Virus record (IMG/VR): IMGVR_UViG_3300033388_005634
Source of the DNA: a virus
DNA length: 64,000 nt
Direction: 5' to 3' (one strand)
This document shows positions 9,550-18,193 of this stretch, piece by piece (the first letter of the stretch is position 1; the number at the start of each line of letters is the position of its first letter). Made by a program: the position numbers and the translations under genes. The notes below the pieces were generated by a model, which was given only the letters and a program-made list of their open reading frames with translations, was not told the origin of the DNA and made no database searches.

Positions 9550-10496
9550 TTACCTCCAGTTTCAGATTGCAATCGGTTTGCCACATTAGTAAACCTCTCC
9601 TCTTTTATCCCCAGTCTACGCATAAAAGACTTCTGACCATCATCAAGTTCTGGCTGATCCCCTGTTGGTGACGGAATGTAGCCAGCTCCTTCAGATGTAA
9701 GCCCCTGCTGGTTCTTCAGCTTCAAAAGAGCCAAACGCTCACCTTCGGCAATATACTGTTGCTTTAACTCTTCCATTGTCTTAGGTGGATTATTTGGATC
9801 TGAGATAGGTTGAGTTGGCTGAACACCTTGAGCGGTTGGAAGGGCTGGAAGGGTTGGAGCTGGTAGTCCCATTGCTGCATTACTATTCCTAGCAATCAGG
9901 TACCGGATGATCTCAGGGTTCCCCTGAGCTTGCTGAACAACGTCGTCCGGAATATTGTAGTAGCTGGACTCAACTTGCTGGAATCCCGGCATACCACGGA
10001 CCTGCGCCTCTTGTCTCTTCTGATCGAGCACAACCTGCTTGGCCAGCTCGATGATGATAGGGGCAAAAGTAGCGTAAGGTTTATTATACATATCATCCCT
10101 TATCCGTTGCTCTATTTCTTCCGGTGTGGCAATAGGTGCTTGCTGGACCTGCTGCGGGGCTCCCTGTGGTTGTGTAGGTGGGGAAGCAAAGCCGAGAGTA
10201 GACCAATCGATAGGAGCTTGAGCCGGAGGTGTTTCAGGAGCAGCTGGTGATTCTAGTGGTTCTGGTGGTCCTGCTGCCACATCAATTCTAGCCTGCAACT
10301 CCTTGTTCTTGTCAATCTCCTCTTTCAGACGTTCATAGGGAACTGTATCCTCGTGAGGTTTTACTGGAGGTGGTGTAGGTTCAGCTGGCGAGGCTGGTGG
10401 AGTAACGCCATCGGCAGGAGGCGAACCTGCTATTACGCCCGGATCGGCTGACGGGACCGGATCTATGTTAACGTCTGGGGTTGTTACTGGATCCAT
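9546..10496 (-). CDS. Pro/Ala/Gln-rich scaffold-like protein (316 aa)
   Basis: ORF track. N-terminal P/A-rich low complexity followed by coiled-coil-like segments. Position between portal and capsid. AAGGAG Shine-Dalgarno. Confidence 0.4.
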   Translation of the reverse strand: MDPVTTPDVNIDPVPSADPGVIAGSPPADGVTPPASPAEPTPPPVKPHEDTVPYERLKEEIDKNKELQARIDVAAGPPEPLESPAAPETPPAQAPIDWSTLGFASPPTQPQGAPQQVQQAPIATPEEIEQRIRDDMYNKPYATFAPIIIELAKQVVLDQKRQEAQVRGMPGFQQVESSYYNIPDDVVQQAQGNPEIIRYLIARNSNAAMGLPAPTLPALPTAQGVQPTQPISDPNNPPKTMEELKQQYIAEGERLALLKLKNQQGLTSEGAGYIPSPTGDQPELDDGQKSFMRRLGIKEERFTNVANRLQSETGGK

Positions 10497-10520
10497 AACT
10501 GGCTCCTTGATGAATGGTTA

Positions 10521-10573
10521 ATAAAAAAACGCCTGAAAGCAAGGGGTACAAGACTCCTCACGATCAGGCGTGG
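10521..10573 (-). terminator. hairpin plus T7 run inside the late operon (minus strand)
   Basis: Minus strand: ACGCCTG, a 29-nt loop, CAGGCGT, then TTTTTTT (plus-strand A-run 10523-10529; stem arms at 10529-10535 and 10565-10571). Confidence 0.4.
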
Positions 10574-10595
10574 CTTAGGCAATACTAAGGTGGAC

Positions 10596-10811
10596 CTACA
10601 TTTTACATGAATCATTGGGGCCGTGCGACTTGCCACAGCTCCCACAAATTAGGGTTATATTGCTTAATCCATCTTTTTTCTCCTTTGGCTTGGTGACAGA
10701 ACTGATCCCACCGTCTTTAAACCTAACGTTGACACTACCGGTGTATCGTCCCTTAACAAGCGCTTTAAGTAATCCTATTATCCATTCTAGCACTATTTCC
10801 CCTCTTGTCAA
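10596..10811 (-). CDS. hypothetical small protein (71 aa, C-terminal CGSCGK...C)
   Basis: ORF track. 4-nt overlap with the upstream ORF. Confidence 0.4.
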   Translation of the reverse strand: MTRGEIVLEWIIGLLKALVKGRYTGSVNVRFKDGGISSVTKPKEKKDGLSNITLICGSCGKSHGPNDSCKM

Positions 10812-11128
10812 GTTTTTGACTCTGCTTTCCCTTTTTCAACCCTGTCTCTCTCTATCCTCTTTGCCTCACTTATGCGAGACTTGAAAAAGTCAACAACCCA
10901 TTGAATTCCCAGAGCAAACCCACGCTCTTGACAAAATTGAGCGAGTGTCTGGCAACTGAACTCCCCCTTCTTATCACCTTTCTGGATTTTTCCCAATCCC
11001 ATCTCCGAGAGGGTAATAGCTATTTGCTGATCCAGCACCTGCATAACATAAGCACCAGATTGAGTTCGGATAAAATCCTGAAGGTCAAATCCTATCTTTG
11101 CTTTTACTTCTAACTTTTCATCAGGCAT
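10808..11128 (-). CDS. hypothetical protein (106 aa)
   Basis: ORF track. AAGGAG 6 nt upstream of the ATG. Confidence 0.45.
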   Translation of the reverse strand: MPDEKLEVKAKIGFDLQDFIRTQSGAYVMQVLDQQIAITLSEMGLGKIQKGDKKGEFSCQTLAQFCQERGFALGIQWVVDFFKSRISEAKRIERDRVEKGKAESKT

Positions 11129-11237
11129 AAAGCTCCTTTATCCACCAAAGAAATCTCTTGAATGTATTTATCCTTACCTTCCGTATAGTCTTCGTCTTCT
11201 TACTATAAACCAGCTTACTCCCACCGGGCTTTCTCAC
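11121..11237 (-). CDS. possible 38-aa very basic peptide
   Basis: GTG at 11237 preceded by AAAGGAGG (11244-11251). Sequence MRKPGGSKLVYSKKTKTIRKVRINTFKRFLWWIKELYA. This is the only part of track ORF 11121-11453 that does not overlap the portal gene. Confidence 0.3.
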   Translation of the reverse strand: MRKPGGSKLVYSKKTKTIRKVRINTFKRFLWWIKELYA

Positions 11238-11250
11238 ACTATTCCTCCTT

Positions 11251-13053
11251 TTACCCCATCCCTCCTCCGAGGGCTTGTGGGGCATTTTCTGTTGGTTGTG
11301 GGAGAGCTTTCGTCCCCCCAGTCTGTTCTTCTTGTAATTGGGCCAAGATCTGCTGAGCAATCCCTTGTACCTCTTCTGGAAGAGCGGAGATTGGGATGGA
11401 TTCTGATGGATGGAGAAATCTCTCCGGGTTGTTAAAGTTGAAAAGCTCTCCAACTACTTTTACGATCTCATCAGCATTTAATCTCCCCCCTGCGATCTGC
11501 TGGAATATCTGTAACATCTGTGGGAATGTCTGTTGTTTGGAATATTTACTATGTTCGGATTCAACCGTTGTGGTGGCAAACTGGATATCCATATCGGCAA
11601 GCAGGCTATCCTTGTCAATGGTTATGTTCTCCCCATCGACTAGGAAGTCTCTGCCTGCATACACTTCAAATGTCTCACGGAGAAGAGCGTAGATCAGTTG
11701 GGAAACAGGACGAAGGGTAACACGATCTGCCATCTGGATGAACAGCTGGAAGCGATCGGATGCTTCTGATAACATGGATCTGACTTCTCCAAACGTCTCT
11801 CGCTTGGTTCTGCCTACCCCAAGGTTATATGCGGTGACAGACGAGGCTTTTTCTATTTCTCTGTCTAGGAGCTCGTGGATCTGTTTATAGGCTAAGAGAT
11901 TAACTTCCTGTGTGACTTCCACATCTACATCTTCAAAATTATCCAGATACCACATAGCGCCGGGTGTTTGAGGAAGATCATCACGAGTGAGATCCGCACG
12001 ATTTAAAACTTTGGTAATCCCGTTCACGAGCCTCTTGTGATTGTCCATATAGATATTGTGGAGGTCGGTCTGCTCGTTTATAAGGGATTCGACTGATGCG
12101 ATTGCTGATTTCCCATAGAACTCTCCCGGATTGACAGAGTAGATATTAGCAACGAATGGTTTGAGGTAGACATCCTCATCTGAATACTTATCTTTTACTT
12201 TAAACGTTGATGGCTCACAGCGGATGATAACATCTGTCTTGTCATCTGCTTTGTTCTTGAGAGTACCTGTTATGATATACTCACCAAACTTTCCATTCTC
12301 ATACTCAAAGTCCCCATGGTACTCAACTATGTCGAATATAGGAGACACGTTATCCGTGACAGATGTGTCTGTCCCTGACATCTGAACGGCCTCTTTTTTC
12401 TTCTCTTCTTTCTGGGCCTCAAGCTTATCCATGTTTATGTAGATAGGATTACCCAAGGGAGAGACAAATTTCTTTAGCTGTTGGAGATCCCGATTAAACT
12501 GATGCATACAGTATCGCATGGACTGGATATCACCGGGCTTCCTAGCCATCGGGTCGGGGAGGAAACTCTCAAGGTCCAAATATTCGATACAGGGCCAGAA
12601 ATTCCGCATGTATACTTTGCAGATGGACGTACCTTTGACAGGAGAGGATTTAAAAAGCTCGATTGCCGTAAGGTAGAAATTGACACGGCGATCCATCACC
12701 CACATGAAGAACTTTTGCTGGTCAGCTAACACTTGAGGCTGGACTTTTGGATGTTTCATAGTCAGCCATGTTGCGACTGAGAATATGGAATTGATCACTT
12801 TTGATGAGATAACCTCTGCGATATAGTCAGCTTTCGGGAGGACTAGGTTAGACTCACCTGTAATGCGGGATGAGAGCTGCTCGTTCTTATACATCTTCTG
12901 CCATGTATCCCATTTACCTTTTTTGGCATTCACGATTTTCTTACTTGCCTTTAGTCTTTCGTCCAGCGTTTCTTTTGCCCTATCAAGCATTGTCTTTGAA
13001 GGAACTATTGAGACTGGACTTTGGTCAGTTTTCTTTTTTCTAGCCATGGTCAC
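11251..13053 (-). CDS. portal protein (by size and position)
   Basis: 600-aa ORF just downstream of the large terminase. No motif recognised by eye. Confidence 0.55.
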   Translation of the reverse strand: MTMARKKKTDQSPVSIVPSKTMLDRAKETLDERLKASKKIVNAKKGKWDTWQKMYKNEQLSSRITGESNLVLPKADYIAEVISSKVINSIFSVATWLTMKHPKVQPQVLADQQKFFMWVMDRRVNFYLTAIELFKSSPVKGTSICKVYMRNFWPCIEYLDLESFLPDPMARKPGDIQSMRYCMHQFNRDLQQLKKFVSPLGNPIYINMDKLEAQKEEKKKEAVQMSGTDTSVTDNVSPIFDIVEYHGDFEYENGKFGEYIITGTLKNKADDKTDVIIRCEPSTFKVKDKYSDEDVYLKPFVANIYSVNPGEFYGKSAIASVESLINEQTDLHNIYMDNHKRLVNGITKVLNRADLTRDDLPQTPGAMWYLDNFEDVDVEVTQEVNLLAYKQIHELLDREIEKASSVTAYNLGVGRTKRETFGEVRSMLSEASDRFQLFIQMADRVTLRPVSQLIYALLRETFEVYAGRDFLVDGENITIDKDSLLADMDIQFATTTVESEHSKYSKQQTFPQMLQIFQQIAGGRLNADEIVKVVGELFNFNNPERFLHPSESIPISALPEEVQGIAQQILAQLQEEQTGGTKALPQPTENAPQALGGGMG

Positions 13054-13261
13054 TTTCTCCCTTGTTTAAATTTGCTCCACACATTTCCTCCGCCCCTATT
13101 ATCTCCCCAGTTATCTTCCCATTCTCTATCTTAATGTTGCGAACTATTTGGGTATAGCTTACGCCACAGATGCAGTCCTGTAAGGTGAACAGCAGATCAC
13201 GATCGCCTAGTTTAAAGCCTGATTTCTTCCCGCATGTTGGGCATTCTATTTCCACTTTCAT
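13040..13261 (-). CDS. small zinc-ribbon protein (73 aa)
   Basis: ORF track. CPTCGK...CICG. Overlaps both terL and the portal gene. Confidence 0.4.
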   Translation of the reverse strand: MKVEIECPTCGKKSGFKLGDRDLLFTLQDCICGVSYTQIVRNIKIENGKITGEIIGAEEMCGANLNKGESDHG

Positions 13262-14790
13262 CTCCCTGTAAATTTATTCATGCCTACTACCTGCCGTTGC
13301 GGCCGTCTCCTCTTGTGATGCTCTCTGGCCTCCTGCTCTCTTAGTGACCACATTGCCCAGTTGAGTGAGTATACCGCATCATCATGATACTTTGTCCCGG
13401 GCTTATGCCCAAACTTGGGAACGGCCCCATCCATCTGATGTTCAAACTCTTTCATCTGCTTAACGATATATGGGAGTCTCCCACCATTCTTACCGTTCTT
13501 CTGATCGTATGTGCTGGGGAGTCCTTCCGGAAGAGCAAGCTGTTCCTGATCGACTATCTGATGGAAGCGGGTAAAAGAACTCACTTGGTTCTTATCGACT
13601 GGATGGACGATCTCTGCCGGGATCCCTTTTTCAACTGTCCACTGGAAGAGGTCAGCCGCTTGATATACCTCAAGGACGACATTCTGGAGCCTGTACCTGT
13701 TGTGATCTGCAAGGATCGCTTCTTTGATTAATTTCTCACTGGAGTTCTCCATGATCTCCTGATTAAGGAGCACCCAGTATTCTTCCCCTCGTGTCTTTCC
13801 TTTTGCCACTGTTGACCAGAAAGTATCGTCCCCATGTTTGGAATATGGAAGCGCACGATCAAGCCCACCTCCAATCGCAAACTTTGTCCCAAGCCTTAAT
13901 TCCCAGTCCATCAGCTCTTCACGACGAACAGGGGCTGTATAGTTCTCTCCATTTACAACTGCCGCCCCTATTTTCTTAGGATCAAATAACTTGCGAGTTG
14001 AGAATATCCAATCGTTATCATGATAGAGAGCGTATTGAGCTGGGGTAAGCTGGGCTTTGCGGGAGTCGAGCCAGCGTTTTGTGACTAGAGGTGAGGGGTT
14101 ATACCCTCTGATATAGAGGAAGTAGAGAGACGGATCGAGTTTCTGTTCGTGAACTTGATAGAGATGGTAGAGGATGTTAAGTTGAGAAGATACTTGGGAA
14201 GGAAGGATAATCTGGCCATCACGAGGGCCTGCTTGAGAAGCAAGGATATTGTAGATCCCCTCGTCATCTGGCGCTGCGTGGATCTCATCTACTACTGCTA
14301 GATCAATCCCATATCCCCACGCTGCTGCTTTTGATGATGAGAGGACAGTTACGATACTATTTGTCTTTGGGAGTCTTATCTCTTTATCTAGGATGTTTTC
14401 AGATCCTACTTTCTTTAAGAGTTCTGGTGAGTAGCGTATCATGGACTTGAACGTATCGAACACTACTGATGACGCTTGATCCTTGGAATTGGCAGCAACG
14501 ACCCCCTGCACGTTAAAATGAGTAATAAACCGCCACGTCACAATGAGGGATGCAGTAAACGTCTTGCCGTTCTGCTTCGGGATGCATATAGCAGCTGTCC
14601 CATACTTAAACTTCCCGGATGGCAGCTTTCTCGTAATTTCCCGAATGATTTCAGCTTGATATGACCATTCACCTTCCAACTTGACCTTAATTACCTCCTG
14701 AGCGGATGATGACGGGATCCAAACGAGATCATTGACGAAAGATACGATATCCTCTTTGTAGTGTGCCCATTTTGCGTCTGATATAGCCAT
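13258..14790 (-). CDS. terL: terminase large subunit
   Basis: 510 aa. Walker A-like IPKQNGKT, Walker B DLAVVDEIH, and a C-terminal RNaseH-type nuclease signature YHDDAVYSL. Confidence 0.85.
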   Translation of the reverse strand: MAISDAKWAHYKEDIVSFVNDLVWIPSSSAQEVIKVKLEGEWSYQAEIIREITRKLPSGKFKYGTAAICIPKQNGKTFTASLIVTWRFITHFNVQGVVAANSKDQASSVVFDTFKSMIRYSPELLKKVGSENILDKEIRLPKTNSIVTVLSSSKAAAWGYGIDLAVVDEIHAAPDDEGIYNILASQAGPRDGQIILPSQVSSQLNILYHLYQVHEQKLDPSLYFLYIRGYNPSPLVTKRWLDSRKAQLTPAQYALYHDNDWIFSTRKLFDPKKIGAAVVNGENYTAPVRREELMDWELRLGTKFAIGGGLDRALPYSKHGDDTFWSTVAKGKTRGEEYWVLLNQEIMENSSEKLIKEAILADHNRYRLQNVVLEVYQAADLFQWTVEKGIPAEIVHPVDKNQVSSFTRFHQIVDQEQLALPEGLPSTYDQKNGKNGGRLPYIVKQMKEFEHQMDGAVPKFGHKPGTKYHDDAVYSLNWAMWSLREQEAREHHKRRRPQRQVVGMNKFTGR

Positions 14791-14797
14791 TTGACCT

Positions 14798-14983
14798 CTA
14801 TTTTAACAACTTCTTGAGCTTCTTCTGCTTTCTTAACATTTCCTGCTGACTGCGGTATAGGCTCGTTCCCTTTCTCGCCGCTGGGATTGGTTTCCCTGCT
14901 CTTTTTCGTTCTGCCAGCATTCCATGTACGCTCCTTTTGAGTTCTTCAGTCTCTCTTCGTGCTTTTCTCACTGATTTTGCCAT
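14798..14983 (-). CDS. small basic protein (61 aa)
   Basis: Track ORF 14798-15067 trimmed to the ATG at 14983 (MAKSVRKARRE...). That ATG has AAGGAGAG upstream. The longer version overlaps the next micro-ORF. Confidence 0.4.
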   Translation of the reverse strand: MAKSVRKARRETEELKRSVHGMLAERKRAGKPIPAARKGTSLYRSQQEMLRKQKKLKKLLK

Positions 14984-14993
14984 GACTCTCTCC

Positions 14994-15149
14994 TTATTTC
15001 TTCTCAAAAGCCAAATCTCTTTTACCTGAGCAAAAGTTGTACCCACTTGCCCAGCGGGTAAAGCCAAACTGTTTCAAAATGTTCTCTATGGCAACGTCTA
15101 ACTCTACATTTACCTTCTCACCATCATAAACAACTCTTAAATCTTTCAT
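14994..15149 (-). CDS. hypothetical 51-aa protein
   Basis: Own translation MKDLRVVYDGEKVNVELDVAIENILKQFGFTRWASGYNFCSGKRDLAFEKK. GGGGGAG Shine-Dalgarno. ATGA overlap with the upstream micro-ORF. Below the track length cutoff. Confidence 0.4.
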   Translation of the reverse strand: MKDLRVVYDGEKVNVELDVAIENILKQFGFTRWASGYNFCSGKRDLAFEKK

Positions 15150-15280
15150 GACTCCCCCTTTTCTTCCTGCCAAATACGAAGCGCAACCCCAAAAACATGC
15201 GCTTCCAGCTTAATCTCCACTGCTCCTCGTTCTAAAAGGTCCCATACTACTCTCATCACGTCTTTCTGATGCTGTGTCAT
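15146..15280 (-). CDS. hypothetical 44-aa protein
   Basis: Own translation MTQHQKDVMRVVWDLLERGAVEIKLEAHVFGVALRIWQEEKGES. GGAGGAG Shine-Dalgarno 6 nt upstream of the ATG at 15280. Confidence 0.4.
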   Translation of the reverse strand: MTQHQKDVMRVVWDLLERGAVEIKLEAHVFGVALRIWQEEKGES

Positions 15281-15293
15281 TCTAGTTCTCCTC

Positions 15294-15788
15294 CTATCTC
15301 CCTGTTTTCACTTTTCCCGTATGCTTAACTTTCCCCATAACTGCCCTCATATACCCAGCTTCCTCCTCATCTTCCTTTTCGACATCTATCAACTCCCTGA
15401 ATTGCTTAAGTTTCTTATCAAGGAGCGTTTGGAGCCCCACAAATCCTTTTGTTGTGATCTCAGACAGATATTTCGTCCCAAACTTGTTCGTCATGATCAC
15501 ATTGGCCCCTATATCCTCGCTGATATAGGTAGTTATATACTTACTTAAGATCAGGGTCTCACAGATCCCATCGAGTACTATCATCTGGGTCTGCGTGATA
15601 TCTCCTCCTGCCTCTACTATCAAGCTTTCCCGTACTCCTTTTACATACTGATCAATCTTCCTATAGTTCGCTGGCAGGCTACCAGTCCCCATATACGAAG
15701 AAAGAACTTCGGGCACCTTGCTTGCCACCAGTTCTTTTTGATAATGTGCTACTGCCTGCTCTTTAATATCCTTTCCATTCCCTGACAT
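15294..15788 (-). CDS. terminase small subunit candidate (164 aa)
   Basis: First gene of the late operon, upstream of terL. Track ORF 15294-15911 trimmed to the ATG at 15788 (MSGNGKDIKEQ...), which has GGGAGGCAAGAAT upstream. The N-terminal extension looks non-coding. Confidence 0.4.
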   Translation of the reverse strand: MSGNGKDIKEQAVAHYQKELVASKVPEVLSSYMGTGSLPANYRKIDQYVKGVRESLIVEAGGDITQTQMIVLDGICETLILSKYITTYISEDIGANVIMTNKFGTKYLSEITTKGFVGLQTLLDKKLKQFRELIDVEKEDEEEAGYMRAVMGKVKHTGKVKTGR

Positions 15789-15921
15789 ATTCTTGCCTCC
15801 CTTTTGCCCGCTCCTCCCATTCCGCCTATAAAGAGGGTGGGAGAGAGGCTGGGATCGGCAACCCCCCTCCCGGGCGCAAGAAACGAGAAATGAGAGAATA
15901 GCGGAGCTCATTCCACTTCCT

Positions 15922-15949
15922 ACTATACCACAAGATATTGCCTTGTCAA
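15922..15949 (-). promoter_or_regulatory. sigma70-type promoter of the late (minus-strand) operon
   Basis: Minus strand reads TTGACA (15949-15944), a 16-nt spacer, then TATAGT (15927-15922). Confidence 0.5.
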
Positions 15950-15975
15950 ATTTTTAACGCACGAAATGTGGGAAA

Positions 15976-16220
15976 GTGTCAAAAAAGAGGCAGATGGGGA
16001 CAAAAAAGCGCCTAACCTTATTAAGTGGAAAATAGGATCCCAAAATACAACCAGCAGGGGCAAAAAAGTTCTGGCTGGGGACAAAAAAGTGCCATATTGC
16101 CCGTTTTCGGCCTAAAATGTCCCAGATATACGCTAAATGCCCGTTTTTAGGCCACTTTTAGCCTAAGTTGGGACAAAAAGCCTCGAAAAGGGCCCTAATT
16201 AGCCTAAAATGTCCCAGATA
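15976..16220. repeat. interleaved short direct repeats next to the small-terminase-like gene
   Basis: Five copies of G(G/T)G(G/T)(A)CAAAAA(A)G start at 15976, 15996, 16057, 16077 and 16168. Two exact 19-mers GCCTAAAATGTCCCAGATA lie at 16110-16128 and 16202-16220. Two TGCCCGTTTT(T)NGGCC lie at 16098 and 16138. Confidence 0.7.
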
Positions 16221-17152
16221 AGCAAAAAGCTAGGGAAAACAGGTGGTTAGACAACTCGATTGGTGAAAAATGGCGTGTGTTTTGAAAGAGACCCTATGCT
16301 ATAGGGCCAAGGGGGGTCGTGGGGGGCTTCGGTCTCTGGCCTCCGGGTCATATAATCTTATACGCTGTGGGATCGCTGCCTGCGCTGGCTGGTGATGGTG
16401 GGTGATGGCCTGATCTCTGGTGGGGTGGGGTGGAGTAGTGGGGAACTCTGATCTGGGGTGGGTGAGGTGATGAGGTGGTAGGTGAGTGAGGTGGTGGAAA
16501 CTCTGGCCTCTGGCTGGCCTGGTGGCTGGTAGCTCCTGCGCTCCTGATCCTGCCTGCTGGTGGCGCTGGCTGGCTACCTATATATATTATGCTTGATCTG
16601 ACCTCTGTTACCGGACAGAACCGCAAGCGCAGACCTCCCAGACTTTCCATAAGGTGGGGTATGGAAACGAAACAAGGCTATACTTCCCTTAAAACTCCTT
16701 ATATATCAACATAGTTTACATAATACTTATTATCAGACACGTATAATAGCGCAGGCAGGCTGCTGGTGGTGGCGCTGGCTGGCTTGACCTTTCCTCTGAC
16801 TGCTGGCCTGATCGGTCAAATCTGGCTGCGGAGGTTGGCTCAGGTTGGACGATCTTAGGCGGTTAGGTGGGTTAGCTAAGGGGAGAAAGCGTCGATCATC
16901 CTATACGCTAATCTGTGCCATATTGACACACTTTTAAACTCTCAACCTAACCTGTTTTTCAAATCTCCTGATATATCAACCACTTGCAGACCTCTCAACT
17001 ATATCTCTAAGTAGTTGAATTCATTAGAGTTTTTAGCTTTTCAATGGGTGATGAGCTGGCTCTGGAGATGGTGAGATAAGTGAGTTGATCTGAATACTTG
17101 GGAGCTTGCCCGGTGGTGTAAATGATAGGTGGTGGCTGGCTTGAGAGGTGAG

Positions 17153-17249
17153 GATCAGGGATCAGGGGAGGGATGATCAGGATGAGGGATCAGGAGTTGA
17201 TCAGGGGAGCAGGATCAGGGGAGCAGGCAGGGGAGATCAGGAGTTGATC
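17153..17249. repeat. cluster of eight GATCAGG repeats
   Basis: GATC occurs at 17153, 17160, 17175, 17188, 17199, 17213, 17235 and 17246, each time as GATCAGG(G/A). Roughly 0.4 GATC would be expected by chance in 100 nt. Confidence 0.75.
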
Positions 17250-17290
17250 AGGGGAGAGCTGGCCGGGAGCTGATATCAATATGTCTATGT

Positions 17291-17303
17291 ACATGTATAT
17301 AGG
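17291..17303 (+). promoter_or_regulatory. copy 1 (core only) of the ACATGTATATAGG motif
   Basis: Exact 13-mer shared with 30784-30796 and 37965-37977. Confidence 0.4.
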
Positions 17304-17385
17304 AACTCCGCTCAAGTGTTTCAAGAGGGGAGAGGTGGCTGATCAAATGTAAGGATTTTTCCTTAAGAAATATATATTTTATGCT

Positions 17386-17414
17386 TGACAAGTTCTGGCT
17401 GGTTTGATAGAATG
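17386..17414 (+). promoter_or_regulatory. sigma70-type early promoter
   Basis: TTGACA (17386-17391), a 17-nt spacer, then TAGAAT (17409-17414). An AT-rich TATATATTTTATGC stretch lies just upstream. Confidence 0.5.
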
Positions 17415-17453
17415 AGAGATGGTCAGGTGAAGCGGCCGGGGGAGGTGATAGGC

Positions 17454-17657
17454 GTGAAGGAAATAAAACTAAAATCGGGAACTGGGTTCTGGTGTTTAGA
17501 CTACTATCCTTGGGGCGGAGATTTTGGACGGTTACAACAAGATGTAACCATAACAGACTATGAATTACTACACTCATATAATGATGGAACACCAAGCCAA
17601 ATAATAGCCACCATTCAATATGGCAGCCTAACTAAAAAGTGCGGCTTTCAGTTATAA
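17454..17657 (+). CDS. first early ORF, hypothetical (67 aa)
   Basis: In-frame GTG at 17454 lies 8 nt after GGGGGAGG and downstream of the promoter. The residue composition looks like real protein (KEIKLKSGTGFWCLDYYPWGGDFGRLQQDV...). Confidence 0.35.
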   Translation: MKEIKLKSGTGFWCLDYYPWGGDFGRLQQDVTITDYELLHSYNDGTPSQIIATIQYGSLTKKCGFQL

Positions 17658-17834
17658 TAAAACAGCTTAACAGTTGCTTGCAGGGTTGCCGGGATCATCC
17701 GGGAAGGTGCCCGGCTTCTCTGCTGGGAGTAGTTTTCAAGCTGGTGACTGGTGGCTGGTGTTGGCTGCGGAGCTTGCCCCTCTGTGGCAGGCTGGCCGCT
17801 GGTTGCCTCTTGTATTCCGGGGGGAGGTGATAAG

Positions 17835-17915
17835 ATGAAAGGAAGCTGGCTTGACTTTATTTACTATGGTGTATTGTTTGCGGTGATTTATTTGATCTCA
17901 AGGCAACTGTTTTGA
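17835..17915 (+). CDS. 26-aa hydrophobic micropeptide, paralog A
   Basis: MKGSWLDFIYYGVLFAVIYLISRQLF. GGGGGGAGGTGA Shine-Dalgarno. 11/26 residues identical, plus conservative changes, to the ORF at 19161-19241, which has the same length. Confidence 0.45.
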   Translation: MKGSWLDFIYYGVLFAVIYLISRQLF

Positions 17916-17929
17916 AAGGAGATGAAAAG

Positions 17930-18193
17930 ATGAAAGGTTTTAAAGTTATCTATGGAGAGGATTATATTTGCATAGAGTATAAAGGAAAAGAAGTCTTATA
18001 CTGGATAGAGGACGAATGGTTAGAAGATGGGAACGTGGTATTTAGTATATGTCATGCTGTTGAGCTAGCTGTAAGCAATCCAAAAGAGTTGTTAAAGAAA
18101 TTGAAGTCGATGCCTAATTACTTGGAAAGCAGGGGAGTGAAACAAGGAGGAGGTGATAAGAGTTATGAGCAGGACAGGGAGAGATCAGTTTGA
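17930..18193 (+). CDS. hypothetical protein (87 aa)
   Basis: Track ORF trimmed to the ATG at 17930. AAAGGAG lies 8 nt upstream. Confidence 0.5.
   Translation: MKGFKVIYGEDYICIEYKGKEVLYWIEDEWLEDGNVVFSICHAVELAVSNPKELLKKLKSMPNYLESRGVKQGGGDKSYEQDRERSV

Noticed and set aside
11238-11453. Upstream part of track ORF 11121-11453 (minus strand).
   Set aside because: It overlaps the 3' end of the portal-size gene in another frame. Only the last 38 codons, which have their own AAAGGAGG-GTG start, are plausible.
15789-15911. N-terminal 41-codon extension of the small-terminase-like ORF (track start 15911).
   Set aside because: The extension would begin upstream of the likely transcription start (promoter -10 at 15922-15927) and has no Shine-Dalgarno. 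The internal ATG at 15788 has GGGAGG upstream.
16348-16650. Minus-strand 100-aa ORF rich in P/S/H/G, and ORFs 17248-17595(-) and 17639-17830(+).
   Set aside because: They are low-complexity translations of G/C-skewed repeat DNA in the control region and have no ribosome-binding sites. More likely non-coding.
16556-16769. Two exact E. coli Chi octamers GCTGGTGG (16556-16563, 16762-16769).
   Set aside because: Both lie inside the same duplicated 20-23-nt repeat, so they are not independent. Chi sequences are host-specific and the host is unknown. Noted only as a coincidence worth remembering if the host turns out to be enterobacterial.
17843-17872. Promoter-like TTGACT...TATTGT.
   Set aside because: It falls inside the conserved 26-codon micropeptide ORF, and its spacing to any -10 is poor.
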